The notes under the pieces were generated by a model. The model had not been told where the DNA came from. It did no database searches and saw only the letters and a list, made by a program, of their open reading frames with translations. A stretch of DNA of 24,000 nucleotides from Neofamilia massiliensis (GTDB lineage: Bacteria; Bacillota; Clostridia; Tissierellales; Peptoniphilaceae), in assembly GCF_001299475.1 (NCBI RefSeq), contig NZ_CYUJ01000002.1, positions 754,258 through 778,257 of the forward strand, read 5' to 3'. The position numbers were made by a program, and so were the translations under genes. Of the stretch, positions 1 through 8,790 are shown piece after piece; within the stretch, counting starts at the first letter, position 1, and the number at the start of each line of letters is the position of its first letter.

Positions 1-989
1 ATACGGAAAGCAGACAAGAAGAGAGAAGACTTTTATTAGAAAAAATTAATACTGAAGACGAAATCAAAGACCTAGAAGAGTCTCTTTCTAGCAAAAGTTT
101 TTTACAAATAATAAATTTTTCATTTGTTTTGCCAGCACTTATATTTTTTATTTACTTCTTTAAATATAAAAGTATGCAGCTTTTAATAACAGGCCTTGCA
201 TTAACTTTAATCCTTGGACTTTTGAGATTGTCTTATGGATATTTTAAGAGTAAAAGTCAGGAGAAAACCAAGGCTAAACTTCGAATTCTCTATAATGACT
301 TAGACGGACTTATAGAAGCCTTAAAAATCCAAGAAGGATCTAATTTATATATAGAAGAAGATTCCTTGGATTTAATTGAAAAGATTAATAATCTTAAAGA
401 CACAATTAACGAAAGGGCCATTCAAAGAGAAGTTTTTTATAGCCAAGTAAAAGAAAGAGACAGGGACTTAGAAAATCTTAGGCTCTTAGACCAAGAGAAA
501 AAAGACATCTTAGATAAAATTGCAGACTTAAATTTTAAAAGTCAGATGAAAGACACTGCCGTTGAAATAATTGAAAAGCTATCCAAGGTAAAATTTGAAA
601 CAGTTTCTACAAATCTAATTGAAGACTGTTCTGATTTTATAAAAATTATTACTAATAATAAATACAGCAAGCTTTTAATTAATGAAGATTTAGACCTTTT
701 ACTTTTTGATAATAGCTTACAAAAGTTTGTATATATAGAAGATCTGAGCAAGGCTACAATTGGTCAAGTTTATCTAGCCTATAGGTTAGGACTTATTGTA
801 AATTCAGGTGTAGATTTTCCAATAATTATTGACGATGGTTTTTCTCTCTACGACATGAATAGAAATGAGGCCAGTTTAAAACTTTTAGAAAAACTTTCTG
901 AAGATTATCAAATTATTTTGTTTACAAGTAATACAAGGGATTTAATTTTAGATCCAGCAAATATAAATATTATAAAATTATGGAGTTAA
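1..989 (+). CDS. SMC/Rad50-type AAA ATPase, YhaN/SbcE-like, C-terminal portion (5' end lies outside the window)
   Basis: Frame 3 has no stop from base 3 to the TAA at 987-989, so the TTG at 129 in the track is only the first start-like codon. The sequence is E/K/L-rich and coiled-coil-like. It is interrupted by two hydrophobic helices (FSFVLPALIFFIYFF and MQLLITGLALTLILGLL, nt ~117-245). SMC/ABC C-terminal motifs follow: signature-like LSKATIGQVYLAYRL, Walker B/D-loop FPIIIDDGFSLYD, and QIILFTSN. Confidence 0.6.
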   Translation, partial: TESRQEERRLLLEKINTEDEIKDLEESLSSKSFLQIINFSFVLPALIFFIYFFKYKSMQLLITGLALTLILGLLRLSYGYFKSKSQEKTKAKLRILYNDLDGLIEALKIQEGSNLYIEEDSLDLIEKINNLKDTINERAIQREVFYSQVKERDRDLENLRLLDQEKKDILDKIADLNFKSQMKDTAVEIIEKLSKVKFETVSTNLIEDCSDFIKIITNNKYSKLLINEDLDLLLFDNSLQKFVYIEDLSKATIGQVYLAYRLGLIVNSGVDFPIIIDDGFSLYDMNRNEASLKLLEKLSEDYQIILFTSNTRDLILDPANINIIKLWS

Positions 990-991
990 AT

Positions 992-1678
992 ATGATTTGG
1001 GCTATTGGAGATACTCACTTTGACCACACTAAAGACAAGTCCATGGATATTTTTGGAGATAACTGGAAAGACCATGACCAAAAGATTATAGATTTTTGGA
1101 AAGAAAATGTAAGAGATGACGACTTAGTACTTTTAGTTGGAGATATATCTTGGGCTTTGAAACTTGAAGAGGCGCTTGTTGATTTGAAAATGATTGACGA
1201 CCTGCCAGGTATTAAGTGCATTATTAAAGGCAACCACGATTATTGGTGGTCTACAAAAAACAAACTAGACGGACTTGAACTAAAGACAATTCACTTCCTT
1301 CACAACGATACCTTTGTCTATAAGGACTATGTTATTTCTGGAACAAGAGGTTGGATGGCAAGAGACAGTGAAGATTTTTCTGAAGAAGATGAAAAAATTT
1401 TTAATAGAGAATTAGGAAGATTGAACTTATCTTTAAAGGCCTCAAGTGACCTAGAAGATAAAAAGAGAATATGTCTTATTCACTATCCGCCCTTTGATTC
1501 AAAAAAAGAGCCTAATGAGTTTTTGCACTTAATGAAAAACTACGATGTTTCTCTTTGTCTTTATGGGCACCTTCACGGGCCAGGTCATATTATGGTAAAA
1601 GAAGGAAACTTTTTAGATATAGATGTTAAATGTGTTTCAAGTGACTATGTAGACTTTAAATTGCAAGAGATTGGCTAA
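992..1678 (+). CDS. Calcineurin-like metallophosphoesterase (small predicted phosphohydrolase, COG1768-like)
   Basis: Metallophosphoesterase motifs are present: GDTH(F) at the N-terminus, GDISWA, GNHDYW, and GHLHGPGH near the C-terminus. I prefer the ATG at 992 (MIWAIGDTHF) because GGAG at 982-985 sits 6 nt upstream. The track start at 980 would add MELN. The gene overlaps or abuts the upstream ATPase stop, so the two are probably translationally coupled. Confidence 0.7.
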   Translation: MIWAIGDTHFDHTKDKSMDIFGDNWKDHDQKIIDFWKENVRDDDLVLLVGDISWALKLEEALVDLKMIDDLPGIKCIIKGNHDYWWSTKNKLDGLELKTIHFLHNDTFVYKDYVISGTRGWMARDSEDFSEEDEKIFNRELGRLNLSLKASSDLEDKKRICLIHYPPFDSKKEPNEFLHLMKNYDVSLCLYGHLHGPGHIMVKEGNFLDIDVKCVSSDYVDFKLQEIG

Positions 1679-1717
1679 GAATAATTTTTTCAAAATTACA
1701 CTAATAATGAATTTTTG

Positions 1718-1726
1718 TGATATAAT
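1718..1726 (+). promoter_or_regulatory. Candidate extended -10 promoter element for ppsA (TGaTATAAT)
   Basis: TATAAT lies at 1721-1726 with TG at 1718-1719. This is about 30 nt upstream of the ppsA ATG, and the AAAGGAG SD lies at 1744-1750. No convincing -35 is present. Confidence 0.35.
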
Positions 1727-1756
1727 TTTTTTAGAGGACTATGAAAGGAGACTAGC

Positions 1757-4093
1757 ATGTCAAAGTATAGGTACATTAGAAAATTTAATGAAGTAGGTAA
1801 AGATGATATAGGCCTAGTTGGAGGTAAGGGAGCAAACTTAGGAGAAATGACCCAAATGGGTTTAGATGTTCCTCCAGGATTTTGTGTTACATCAACTGCA
1901 TACAATTATTTTATTGAATATACTAATTTAGATGAAACTGTAAAAGTCTTGTTAGAAAGATTAGATGTAGATAATCCAGATTCATTAACTCAAGTTAGTG
2001 AGAAGCTTCAAGCTAAACTTAATGAAAGTAAAATTCCAGAAGATTTAGAGGCAGAAATTAGAGCTGCCTACAATGAATTTTCCAAGGATGTAAACTTAAA
2101 TAATCCACAAGTAGCAGTTAGATCATCTGCCACAGCTGAAGACCTTCCAGATGCGTCTTTTGCTGGCCAACAAGACACTTACTTACACATAGCAGGAGAA
2201 GAAGAGTTATTAAAGCATATTAGAATGTGCTGGGCATCTCTTTGGACTGCAAGGGCAATTTATTATAGGGAAAAACAAAAATTCGACCACTTTGACGTAG
2301 CTCTAAGTGTAGTAGTTCAAAAAATGGTCAACAGTGAAAAATCTGGAGTTATGTTTACTGCAAATCCTATTTCTCAAAATATTGATGAAATGATGATTAA
2401 TGCATCATATGGTTTGGGAGAAGCAGTTGTATCAGGTATGGTTACTCCAGATGAATATATTATAAACAAAAATACCAAAGAAATTATTGAAACTACAATT
2501 TCTGAAAAAAATGTAATGGTAATTAAAGCCGATGATGGCATAGGTACAAGAATTGTAAATGTAGCAGACTTCCTAGGCAATGGCGCTGTTGAAAATGAAT
2601 GTCTAAGCACAAATGAATTAAACAAGCTAATTGATTACGGTTTAAAAATTGAAAAATCCTATAACAGCATCCAAGACATTGAATGGGGAATTGATGAAGA
2701 TACCAATGACCTTTATATCCTTCAATCTAGACCAATAACTACAATTAAACCAGATGAAAAAGAAGAATTAATTGTATTAGCTAAAGGTCTAGCAGCATCA
2801 CCAGGACTTGGTAGAGGTAAGGTTAGAATAGTAGAAGACTTAAATAACATTAATCAAGTAAAAGATGGCGATGTACTAATAACTGGAATGACAAATCCTG
2901 ACATGGTTCCTGCAATGAGAAAATGTGCAGCAGTTGTCACTGAAGAAGGTGGAAGAACCTGTCACGCTGCAATAGTTTCTCGTGAGCTAGGAATTCCTTG
3001 TATAGTTGGAGCAAAGAACGCTATGAAAAACCTTAAAGAAGGTCAATTTGTAACAGTTGACTCAACTAGGGGAGTTGTTTATGACGGCAATGTTCTAAAT
3101 AAAAAAGTTGAAGACCACAAAAAGGAAGAGGGCTCTGCTAACTTAGTTATGACCCAAGAACTAAAAACACTTTTAGCTCCAGTTACTGCAACAAAAATCT
3201 ATATGAACCTAGGTCAACCAGACCTAATTGACAAACACAAACACCTACCATTTGATGGCATTGGCCTAATGAGAACTGAATTTATTTTTACTAATATGAT
3301 TGGCGTTCATCCAATGTATTTAGTAAAAACTGGCCAAACTGACCTTATGGTTGACAAATTAGTTGAAGGAATTTATCAAGTAGCCTCAGCTATTTATCCA
3401 AAACAACTTACAGTTAGACTATCTGACTTTAGAACCAATGAATACAGGGGACTAAAAGGCGGAGAAGAAGTAGAACCAATTGAACAAAACCCAATGATAG
3501 GCTGGAGGGGAGTATCTAGATATATTTCTCCAGAATACGAACAAGGCTTTAGACTAGAATGCCAAGCAATTAAAAAAGTTCGTGAAGAACATGGACTAAA
3601 AAATGTTGTAGTTATGCTACCATTTGTTAGAACACCAGAAGAACTTATCCATGCTAAGAAGATAATGGCTGAAGAAGGTTTAGTTCAAGGTGTAGACTTT
3701 AAACTTTGGATTATGGCAGAAGTTCCATCAGTTGTAATGCAAGCCGAAGAATTTGCTCAATTAGTTGATGGCTTTTCAATTGGATCAAATGATCTTACCC
3801 AACTAATTATGGGATCAGACAGAGACTCAGAAAAGCTTAATAACATGGGTTACTTTGATGAGAGAAATGAAGCTGTAAAAAGAGCTGTAAAGATTTTAAT
3901 TAATGCAGCAAAAAAATATGGCAAGACTTGTTCAATTTGTGGCCAAGGCCCATCTCAATATCCAGAGTTTGCAGAATTTTTAGTAGAAAATGGAATTACT
4001 TCAATTTCTGTAAACCCAGATACTGTTGAATATACCAGAAGGGTTGTTGCTCAAGTAGAACAAAAATTAATTTTAAATTCAATTAAAAAATAA
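1757..4093 (+). CDS. ppsA: Phosphoenolpyruvate synthase (pyruvate, water dikinase)
   Basis: The 778-aa protein has an N-terminal PPDK_N-type ATP-grasp region (GLVGGKGANLGEM). It has a central swivel domain with the phospho-histidine motif GGRTCHAAIVSRELGIPCIVG. The C-terminus is a PEP-utilising TIM-barrel region (GSNDLTQL, CGQGPS). The length fits PpsA rather than the longer PPDK. The SD is AAAGGAG. Confidence 0.9.
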   Translation: MSKYRYIRKFNEVGKDDIGLVGGKGANLGEMTQMGLDVPPGFCVTSTAYNYFIEYTNLDETVKVLLERLDVDNPDSLTQVSEKLQAKLNESKIPEDLEAEIRAAYNEFSKDVNLNNPQVAVRSSATAEDLPDASFAGQQDTYLHIAGEEELLKHIRMCWASLWTARAIYYREKQKFDHFDVALSVVVQKMVNSEKSGVMFTANPISQNIDEMMINASYGLGEAVVSGMVTPDEYIINKNTKEIIETTISEKNVMVIKADDGIGTRIVNVADFLGNGAVENECLSTNELNKLIDYGLKIEKSYNSIQDIEWGIDEDTNDLYILQSRPITTIKPDEKEELIVLAKGLAASPGLGRGKVRIVEDLNNINQVKDGDVLITGMTNPDMVPAMRKCAAVVTEEGGRTCHAAIVSRELGIPCIVGAKNAMKNLKEGQFVTVDSTRGVVYDGNVLNKKVEDHKKEEGSANLVMTQELKTLLAPVTATKIYMNLGQPDLIDKHKHLPFDGIGLMRTEFIFTNMIGVHPMYLVKTGQTDLMVDKLVEGIYQVASAIYPKQLTVRLSDFRTNEYRGLKGGEEVEPIEQNPMIGWRGVSRYISPEYEQGFRLECQAIKKVREEHGLKNVVVMLPFVRTPEELIHAKKIMAEEGLVQGVDFKLWIMAEVPSVVMQAEEFAQLVDGFSIGSNDLTQLIMGSDRDSEKLNNMGYFDERNEAVKRAVKILINAAKKYGKTCSICGQGPSQYPEFAEFLVENGITSISVNPDTVEYTRRVVAQVEQKLILNSIKK

Positions 4094-4100
4094 ATAAATC

Positions 4101-4133
4101 TTAGGCTGTCTTTATAGATGGCCTAATTTTTTT
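4101..4133 (+). terminator. Rho-independent terminator after ppsA
   Basis: TTAGGC (4101-4106) pairs with GCCTAA (4121-4126), and a T7 run follows at 4127-4133. The stem is short and the loop is large (14 nt unless wobble pairs extend the stem). Confidence 0.55.
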
Positions 4134-4199
4134 GAAAACTTTATATGCTAAAAATATTCTTGGGTATAAGTTTAATATAAAAATGAGAAGGAGGATAAA

Positions 4200-5168
4200 A
4201 TGACTAGAGAATTAAAGAGAGCAGCAGTAATTGGTGGTGGAGTTATAGGTTCATCTTTTACCTTATTATTTGCTATGGAGAAAATGGAAGTTATTAATTT
4301 TAACAGAAGCAAAGAAGGAGAAGAAAGGTCAAAGGTCTTAATTGAAAACTATATAGAAAATCTAGTTGAAAAAGAAGTAATAGCAAGAGCAGACAGGAAA
4401 GAAATCCTAAGTAAGATTTCCTTTACCAACGACCTTGCCACAGCTTTAAAAAATGTAGATTATGTAGAAGAAGCCCTACCAGAAAACTATGAAGTGAAAA
4501 AAGACTTTGTGAAAAAATTTGAAGAATATGCAGATGAGGATACAATTCTTGGGTCAGCAACTTCAGGCCTATTAATTACAAAAATAGCAGAAGATGCCAA
4601 ACATCCAGAGAGAATTTTTGGAGCCCATCCTTATAATCCTCCTCACTTAATTCCACTTATAGAAATTTCTCAAGGACAAAAATCTGATCCAGTTCTGGCA
4701 GAAAAAGTAAAAGAAATGTTTATAAGACTTGGCAAAAAACCAATAATTATAAAAAACGAAGTACCAGGATTTATTGCTAACAGACTCCAAGCCCTTGTCA
4801 TGAGAGAAATTATGGACCTAGTAGACAAGGATGTTGTATCTATGGAAGATGCAGAAACAGCCCTTACCTTTGGCCCTGGAATTAGATGGGCAATTATGGG
4901 TCCAGGTCAAATTTTCCACCTAGGTGGAGGAGCCCACGGCCTTGAAGGACTTTTGCACCACATTGGACCATCAATGGAATCCTGGCTTAGCGATGCAGCA
5001 ACTTGGACGACAATGAGTGAATCAAGTAAGAAAAAAGCTGTAGATGGAGTCAAAGAAGCCATTAAAAATAGACCAAAAGAAAAAGGCAACACTGACGAAA
5101 ATCTAGCCAAATATAGAGATGAAATGTTAATAGAAATATTAAAACTCCATAAAAAATTAGAAGTCTAA
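4200..5168 (+). CDS. 3-hydroxyacyl-CoA dehydrogenase-family NAD-dependent oxidoreductase, L-carnitine dehydrogenase-like
   Basis: The 322-aa protein has a Rossmann motif AAVIGGGVIGSSF. It also has SATSGLL, HPERIFGAHPYNPPHLIPLIEI, EVPGFIANRLQ, and a C-terminal extension (GPGIRWAIMGP...GGG..G). From memory this extension matches the L-carnitine dehydrogenase subfamily rather than the short Hbd type. The SD is AAGGAGG. Substrate is not determinable from sequence. Confidence 0.65.
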   Translation: MTRELKRAAVIGGGVIGSSFTLLFAMEKMEVINFNRSKEGEERSKVLIENYIENLVEKEVIARADRKEILSKISFTNDLATALKNVDYVEEALPENYEVKKDFVKKFEEYADEDTILGSATSGLLITKIAEDAKHPERIFGAHPYNPPHLIPLIEISQGQKSDPVLAEKVKEMFIRLGKKPIIIKNEVPGFIANRLQALVMREIMDLVDKDVVSMEDAETALTFGPGIRWAIMGPGQIFHLGGGAHGLEGLLHHIGPSMESWLSDAATWTTMSESSKKKAVDGVKEAIKNRPKEKGNTDENLAKYRDEMLIEILKLHKKLEV

Positions 5169-5180
5169 AATAAAAAAATG

Positions 5181-5212
5181 GGCTAGGTCATAGTTGATCT
5201 AGTCAACTTTTT
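5181..5212. terminator. Bidirectional terminator between convergent genes
   Basis: GGCTAGGTCA (5181-5190) pairs with TGATCTAGTC (5195-5204) around a TAGT loop, with two G-U pairs. T-rich sequence follows on the + strand (CTTTTTC), and A7 precedes the stem, which reads as a T-run on the - strand. Confidence 0.5.
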
Positions 5213-5214
5213 CT

Positions 5215-6405
5215 TTAAAGCAATTTTTCTAAGTCATCATTAAAGAATTTTAAAACTTCGTCTTTATCATTACTTATAATTAGCCCTTGTAAAAATTTTT
5301 CTGATCCGCCGGCCTTGAGTATAAACTTATCTTCTAAGTAGGATTTAATCTTTTTCAAATCAGCTTTCAGATTTCCATTTATACTTATAGAAAAGTTACA
5401 AATTTCATTTTCATACTTATAAAGAGCCAAGATAATATTTTCATCTTCAAGTTTTTTTACCAGTAAATTAACTTGGGAAAAATCCAGGTCATCAAAGACT
5501 TTAGAATAAAAGTTTTTTGGATTTTTCTTTGCCTGGACAATTAAGTTCCCAGCATATAAGTCTAAGTAAGAAGATTTTAATTTACTAAAGGCCTCTTCTA
5601 GGCTTTGATTTTTTTTCTTAAAGCTTGTGTATTTTTCTAAAAGATTATTTGTATTTGCAGACAAGTCCTTGGAAATATATTTAAACATTTCGTTCTTTAT
5701 CCTATAATCTTCTAATGCATCCCTTCCAACTTTTACGAAAATTCTAAGCTTGCCATTTTGTTTGGCCCAGTCTACTATTTTTATTAGTCCTAACTCTCCA
5801 GTTCTTGAAACATGGGTTCCTCCACAAGGAGAGTAGTCGAAGCCATCAATTTCTATAACTCTTAAATTTTTTTCAACTTTAGGTTCTCGTCTTAGGGAAA
5901 TATTTTCAAGTTCTTTATCGCTAGGGAAATAGGCCTTAACTTTAAGATTATTTTGTATTATAAAGTTTGCTAAGTCTTCGACTTCCTTAATTTGTCTTTC
6001 TTCTATATCTTCTGTATCAAAATCAATAGTGATATGGTCATCAGATGCATGAAAGCTAAGAGTATCTATGGCATAAAGCCTATAAAAACAAGCTGAGACC
6101 AAGTGCTGACAAGTGTGTTCTTGCATAATGTGAAGTCTGTTTTCCCAATTGATTTTCAAAAGCACAGAGTCTGAATCAATTCTATTTTTAACAACATGAT
6201 AAATCCTAGAATTTTTTTCATAGGCTTTAATTACTTCCTTGCCATTTATTGTGCCAATATCGCCCTTTTGACCACCTAGTCCTGCAGGATAAAAAATTGT
6301 CTTATCTAATAAAATATGGTAGTTGTCTTCAATTTTTTCAGCTGAAATAATATTAGCCTGGATTTCTGTTAAGTATTGATTGAAAATATATAGTCTGTCT
6401 TTCAT
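5215..6405 (-). CDS. Alanyl-tRNA editing protein, AlaX-L type (tRNA_SAD editing domain plus DHHA1-like C-terminus)
   Basis: The 396-aa protein carries the zinc motifs HTCQHL (HxxxH) and CGGTHV (CxxxH). These are typical of the AlaRS/ThrRS second additional (editing) domain. The C-terminal AGGSEKFLQG resembles the DHHA1/C-Ala segment. No aminoacylation domain is present. Confidence 0.8.
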   Translation of the reverse strand: MKDRLYIFNQYLTEIQANIISAEKIEDNYHILLDKTIFYPAGLGGQKGDIGTINGKEVIKAYEKNSRIYHVVKNRIDSDSVLLKINWENRLHIMQEHTCQHLVSACFYRLYAIDTLSFHASDDHITIDFDTEDIEERQIKEVEDLANFIIQNNLKVKAYFPSDKELENISLRREPKVEKNLRVIEIDGFDYSPCGGTHVSRTGELGLIKIVDWAKQNGKLRIFVKVGRDALEDYRIKNEMFKYISKDLSANTNNLLEKYTSFKKKNQSLEEAFSKLKSSYLDLYAGNLIVQAKKNPKNFYSKVFDDLDFSQVNLLVKKLEDENIILALYKYENEICNFSISINGNLKADLKKIKSYLEDKFILKAGGSEKFLQGLIISNDKDEVLKFFNDDLEKLL

Positions 6406-6459
6406 AGTATCACCAAGATAATTTTACCATAAAAGACATATATTAGCAGCCTATAAATA

Positions 6460-6468
6460 TGATATAAT
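6460..6468 (+). promoter_or_regulatory. Extended -10 promoter (TGaTATAAT) placed so that +1 coincides with the comEC ATG
   Basis: TG lies at 6460-6461 and TATAAT at 6463-6468. Counting 7 nt from the last -10 base gives 6475, the A of the comEC ATG. No purine-rich SD occurs in 6440-6474. Confidence 0.4.
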
Positions 6469-6474
6469 CTAACT

Positions 6475-8790
6475 ATGGAAAGAAATATATTTTTTACTTT
6501 ACTTGGCCTAATTTTGGCGATAGTAATTTATAATCTTTTTAATATCAATATCTTATTTTTATATATTTTGCTAATAAGTATTTTTGCTTTTACTAGTTTT
6601 GATAAAAGTAATAAATTTTTATTATTAGCTTCTCTTGTTGTTGTCATTAACATTTTTTTAGGCAGAGCTGGAGCAAAATTTTATGAGCCTGGGACTATTT
6701 TATCTGTTGACGGTCAAGTTATAGACCTTAAAGACTACGACCAAGGCTATAAGAGAATTTTAGTTAAAGACAAGTCTAAGAAAAAATTTTACATTGGCGG
6801 AAAAAACTTAGGTGAAATTAATAGGGGCGACTTTATAAAAGCTGAAGTTGAAATTACAGAAATTAGCGAAAGCAAAAATTTTAATCTGCCATCTATAAAG
6901 TCTTATTACCAAAGAGAAAATATTTGGGGATCTTCAAAGGCCCTGACACTTAGAAAATATGAAAACACAAAACTTCTATCATCAGGTAAATATAAATTAC
7001 TTGAAAAAATAAACCATTCAATTGAAGAAAATTTATCCTATGAAAACTCGTCAATTATTAAAAAATTAGTTTTAGCTGATTCGAGTTCTCTCGATGCAAA
7101 CACCCGTCAGGCTTACTCTGATGCAGGCCTTGCTCATTTATTGGCGATTTCAGGTCTTCACATATACATAATAATATTCTGCCTAGACTTTATTTTAAAG
7201 AAGATTAATATAACTTATAAGCTTAGATTTATTTTCCTTATGGCAGCCTTAACTTTTTATGCCTATATTTTAGACTTTACACCTTCTGTTACAAGGGCTA
7301 TTTTGATGTACTTTTTAAAGGGGATTTTTGAAATCACAAACAAAAAAGTTTCTAATTTTTCAGTAGTCTTTATTTCACTAATAATTATTTTAACTTTAAA
7401 GCCTATGGCGATTTTTGACTTAGGCCTTCAACTTTCGTATCTGTCAGTACTTGGGATATTAATTTTGAATCCTAGATTAAATCCAAAAAGAGAAGATGGT
7501 CTTTATGGTTTATTTACTCTTTATGCCAGTGTAAATATAATGATTCTGCCACTTCTAATTTATAATTTTAACAATTTTAATATTTTTTCCTTTCTTATAA
7601 ACTTACTTTTAAGTCCAGTAATTATTTTTATTTTGATTTTATCTTATCTGGCTATTATTTTTGATTTAGTTTTTTCTTTGAACTTTTTTTATCTATTTAT
7701 CGATCAAATACTTACTGTCAGCAACTTTTACTTGCAGGTATTTTTAGAAAAATTTGATTTCTACTTGAGACTTTATCAGCCAAGCTTATACCAAGTATTT
7801 TTATACTATATATCCTTGTTTATTTTACTAAAAAAATCTCTACACAAAAAAATTTACCAGTATAGGCCTCTAGCTTATAGTATTTTTGCTCTTATTCTTT
7901 TAATAAATTCCTATAACTTATTAAACCCAAGATTAATTGTTGGATTTTTTGACGTTGGCCAAGGTGACTCGGCCTACTTGTCTTATAAAAATACTTATAT
8001 TCAAATTGACACAGGCGGCTCAACTTATTCAGCTTACAATCCAGGCATTGAAGTTACGAAAAAGGCCATTAAAAAACGTGGCCTTAGAAAAATTGACCTT
8101 CTTATCCTAAGCCATTTTGATGCTGACCACATCCTTGGAACTAGAAGTCTAATAGAAGACGGCCTAGTTAAGGCTCTTTTAATTAACGCTCCAGAAGAAA
8201 ACGATCCAAATTACAAAGAAATTGTAGATACTGGTGTAGAAATATTTTTTCCTAGGGATAAATTATTTATAGACAAGAATTTTTACTTGGAATTTTTAAA
8301 TACTGATATAGAAAATGTTAGAGAATCAAATGACAGGTCTCTAGTAGTCCTTTGCAATTATAAGGGAAAGAAGATATTATTTACTGGAGATATTAGTGAA
8401 AATATAGAGAGAAAACTTAAGGGGCAATTTGGACCAGTTGATATTTTAAAAGTCTCCCATCACGGATCAAAATATTCTTCAACAAAAGAATTCTTGAGAG
8501 AAACTAGGCCAGGCTATGCAATAATTTCCGTAGGAGCGAAAAACTCTTATGGTCATCCAGCCCCAGATGTATTAACAAATCTATCTTTTATAAATTCAAA
8601 AGTTTTAAGGACAGACCAAGTAGGTGAAATTGTCTTTGAAATAGGAGATGAAATTAATTACATTACAGCAGGATCTAAGAAGAATAGTATATTTGCTTAT
8701 GAAAGGCAAGTATTTTTTGTTATAATATTTGTAGGCAGTCTTTATTATATAAAACAAAAAGAGGAAGATAATGATTTACAAAGATTTTAA
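6475..8790 (+). CDS. comEC: DNA internalization-related competence protein ComEC/Rec2
   Basis: The 771-aa polytopic membrane protein has a central Competence domain (AGLAHLLAISGLHI). Its C-terminal metallo-beta-lactamase domain shows GQGDS, HFDADH and SHHGS. The position upstream of holA matches Firmicute synteny. Confidence 0.9.
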   Translation: MERNIFFTLLGLILAIVIYNLFNINILFLYILLISIFAFTSFDKSNKFLLLASLVVVINIFLGRAGAKFYEPGTILSVDGQVIDLKDYDQGYKRILVKDKSKKKFYIGGKNLGEINRGDFIKAEVEITEISESKNFNLPSIKSYYQRENIWGSSKALTLRKYENTKLLSSGKYKLLEKINHSIEENLSYENSSIIKKLVLADSSSLDANTRQAYSDAGLAHLLAISGLHIYIIIFCLDFILKKINITYKLRFIFLMAALTFYAYILDFTPSVTRAILMYFLKGIFEITNKKVSNFSVVFISLIIILTLKPMAIFDLGLQLSYLSVLGILILNPRLNPKREDGLYGLFTLYASVNIMILPLLIYNFNNFNIFSFLINLLLSPVIIFILILSYLAIIFDLVFSLNFFYLFIDQILTVSNFYLQVFLEKFDFYLRLYQPSLYQVFLYYISLFILLKKSLHKKIYQYRPLAYSIFALILLINSYNLLNPRLIVGFFDVGQGDSAYLSYKNTYIQIDTGGSTYSAYNPGIEVTKKAIKKRGLRKIDLLILSHFDADHILGTRSLIEDGLVKALLINAPEENDPNYKEIVDTGVEIFFPRDKLFIDKNFYLEFLNTDIENVRESNDRSLVVLCNYKGKKILFTGDISENIERKLKGQFGPVDILKVSHHGSKYSSTKEFLRETRPGYAIISVGAKNSYGHPAPDVLTNLSFINSKVLRTDQVGEIVFEIGDEINYITAGSKKNSIFAYERQVFFVIIFVGSLYYIKQKEEDNDLQRF

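Noticed and set aside
129-131. TTG at 129 as the true start of the first gene (286-aa product).
   Set aside because: The frame is open from base 3 with no upstream stop, and the upstream residues continue the coiled-coil sequence. No SD precedes 129. The C-terminal-only ATPase motifs also imply a much longer protein that begins outside the window.
542-751. Antisense ORFs in the track, 65-83 aa each: 542-751, 1015-1233, 1696-1905, 2374-2625, 4907-5110, 10711-10908, 10770-10988, 19446-19667, 20797-20994 and 22519-22734.
   Set aside because: Each lies wholly inside, or mostly opposite, a well-supported longer gene with recognisable family motifs. Their translations are low-complexity (S/L/F/I-rich), none has an SD, and such shadow ORFs are expected in AT-rich DNA.
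4132-4160. A promoter for the carnitine-dehydrogenase-like gene: TTGAAA at 4132-4137 and TATTCT at 4155-4160.
   Set aside because: The -35 overlaps the ppsA terminator T-tract and the -10 matches only 4/6. This is too weak to report as a feature without transcript data.
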